DNA of 64,000 nucleotides, from NCBI GenBank assembly GCA_030390025.1, contig CM059427.1, positions 186,744,001 through 186,808,000 of the forward strand, written 5' to 3'. This document shows positions 62,491 through 64,000 of the stretch, piece after piece. The position numbers and the translations under genes are program-made. Position 1 is the first letter of the stretch. Each line of letters starts with the position of its first letter. The notes under the pieces were generated by a model, which saw only the letters and a program-made list of their open reading frames with translations, did not search any database and was not told where the DNA came from. The DNA is from Squalus acanthias (lineage: Eukaryota).

Positions 62491-63079
62491 AGTGTGATTG
62501 GTCCTTTATTATCTTTTATCTCGATCCACATGGATTATATTTCTATCTTACTGATGGCTGCATCACTTTTTTCTATTGCCGCTAAGTTATCTCTGATAAG
62601 TACAGTTATTCCACCTCCCCTTTTTCCCTCGCTATATTTTCTAAATATGTTATACCCTACAATGTTTAATTCTTAGTCCTGATTTTTCTGTAGCCATTTC
62701 TTAAAATTCCTACTATATCAGGTTTCTCGCAACATATTGGCTCAGATTTTGCGTTGAGTATGACAGCGTACTCTGAGATTATGCCATCATACCGTCTTTG
62801 AAATATGCAGGAAGTTTGGGATTTCCGCATTGCAGTAAATCCCGAACTTGCGATCTGTCAAGATACGCCTAGACAGATGATCCACACCGCCTTTGAAATC
62901 CCAATTGCTGGCACAGAGTTAGGCTATTTGCCCACCAACTGCCCAGCAATTACAGACCTTTTTCTTACAGGTTACTGAAAGCAAGCGCAGGAGCCTGTTT
63001 CACATCTTGAAAGAAGATCTATGTCTGTCTATTGTGTACGTTTTGGTGGAGGTAACTTTTTTTGTTGGTCGAGTTTCAT

Positions 63080-63968
63080 TTTAATTACTTGTGAAGTTGA
63101 ATAAGAAAGTTAAATAAAGTGAACATCTATCAAATTTAGTGACCAATTCTGTCCTTTCAACTCAAAAATGAACAACGTAACAAACAATATGCATCTATAA
63201 CAAGGAAAATAGATTTATCTATTACCAGTCTAAATGAGATCTGAATAATATATTTTAATCCTGAAAATTAAGATTGAATATATGGCTGGGAATCTCTTTC
63301 TGAAGTTCAACAACGTTACCTTTCGGAGTGTTAGACCTTTATTGAGTACCAAAACAGAAAGTTGTAAACATCGGGACTAATAAATTGTGAGTTTGGATGA
63401 AAAAATTAAAGCAAAATTATGTATGCTGGTTATTTCCAAAATCTAATAGAAGTTGTACAGTGAGGATGATTGTGAAAATGACCTGCTGACAAATCACTGC
63501 ACTTTTGATGTAACCACAAGCTTTAATTCATATTGAACTTTGGTGTGACACGTAAACCTCTTTAAGATCATTCAGTGTCCTCTTAAAACCTACTCATTAA
63601 ATGGTCGTATGTGTTAGTCGCCCTTTCAGGAAAACATTGAAACACATTTGAGTGCGTCTGAAAGAATTGTTAACCATTCTGGTATCACTTTACAATAAAG
63701 TTCATGTTTTTGAAGTTTTTAGAAGTTTTTAAAACTTTTTGAAATGTAATTTCAATGGAAGAGACTGAAAAAGTTTCTGTGGGCGTGGCTTAGTTTTGAC
63801 AGAGTTTGTGAGCGTGTCTTCTCTTACGCATAGGCTGTACGCTGCGCGCCGCCTCCCTGATGTCATACGCTGCGCAGAGCTCTGCAGCGGTGAACAGCAA
63901 GTCTCCGTTCTGGGCCTCGCACGAGGTAAGTTTGTATTCTTTTCGTAGGTTGGCGGCGTACTCCGTAG
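63080..63968 (+). repeat. Low-copy duplicated block, copy 2 (probable start of the next paralog)
   Basis: High identity to 23755-24400, with ~300 bp of differing sequence at ~63405-63705; donor CGAG|gtaagt retained. Confidence 0.88.
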
Positions 63969-64000
63969 AGACTGGAGGGTCAGTGGTGTTCCCCAGGGGT

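Noticed and set aside
62494-62676. Hydrophobic ORF as the missing TM exon
   Set aside because: It is the antisense of a CR1 endonuclease fragment and lacks suitable splice sites.

Overview
Vertebrate genomic DNA, almost certainly a shark or other cartilaginous fish, judged from V-SINE/HE1-type and DeuSINE-type SINEs, CR1, L2 and Penelope retroelements and PIF/Harbinger relics. Most ORF-track entries are transposon debris. Hidden between the repeats, and largely absent from the ORF track, is a + strand cluster of spliced immunoglobulin-superfamily receptor genes that I assembled by hand from splice sites and codon phases. Gene A (3' end only, 2352-~11720) has five small exons encoding a cytoplasmic tail with one YxN motif and three ITIM-type motifs (SEYATV, IHYGSI, VIYAQI), one tyrosine motif per exon. 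Gene B (~16300-42748) has an ETS/RUNX promoter, a probable non-coding exon, a signal-peptide exon and six Ig exons arranged V-C2-V-C2-V-C2. Its D1 and D3 V-like domains lack the canonical cysteines and D6 carries the CD4/LAG-3/DICP-type WxC motif. Gene B appears disabled: dead leader donor, two frameshifts, a Cys->Trp change, and no TM exon found. A duplicated block at ~63.1-64 kb suggests a third paralog begins at the window end. Also present: a tRNA-headed CR1-like LINE with its short derivative, four solo LTRs, hAT and Harbinger MITEs with TSDs, Penelope ends with hammerhead-like cores, a U6 retrocopy and a 42-bp minisatellite. TE boundaries without a stated TSD are approximate.
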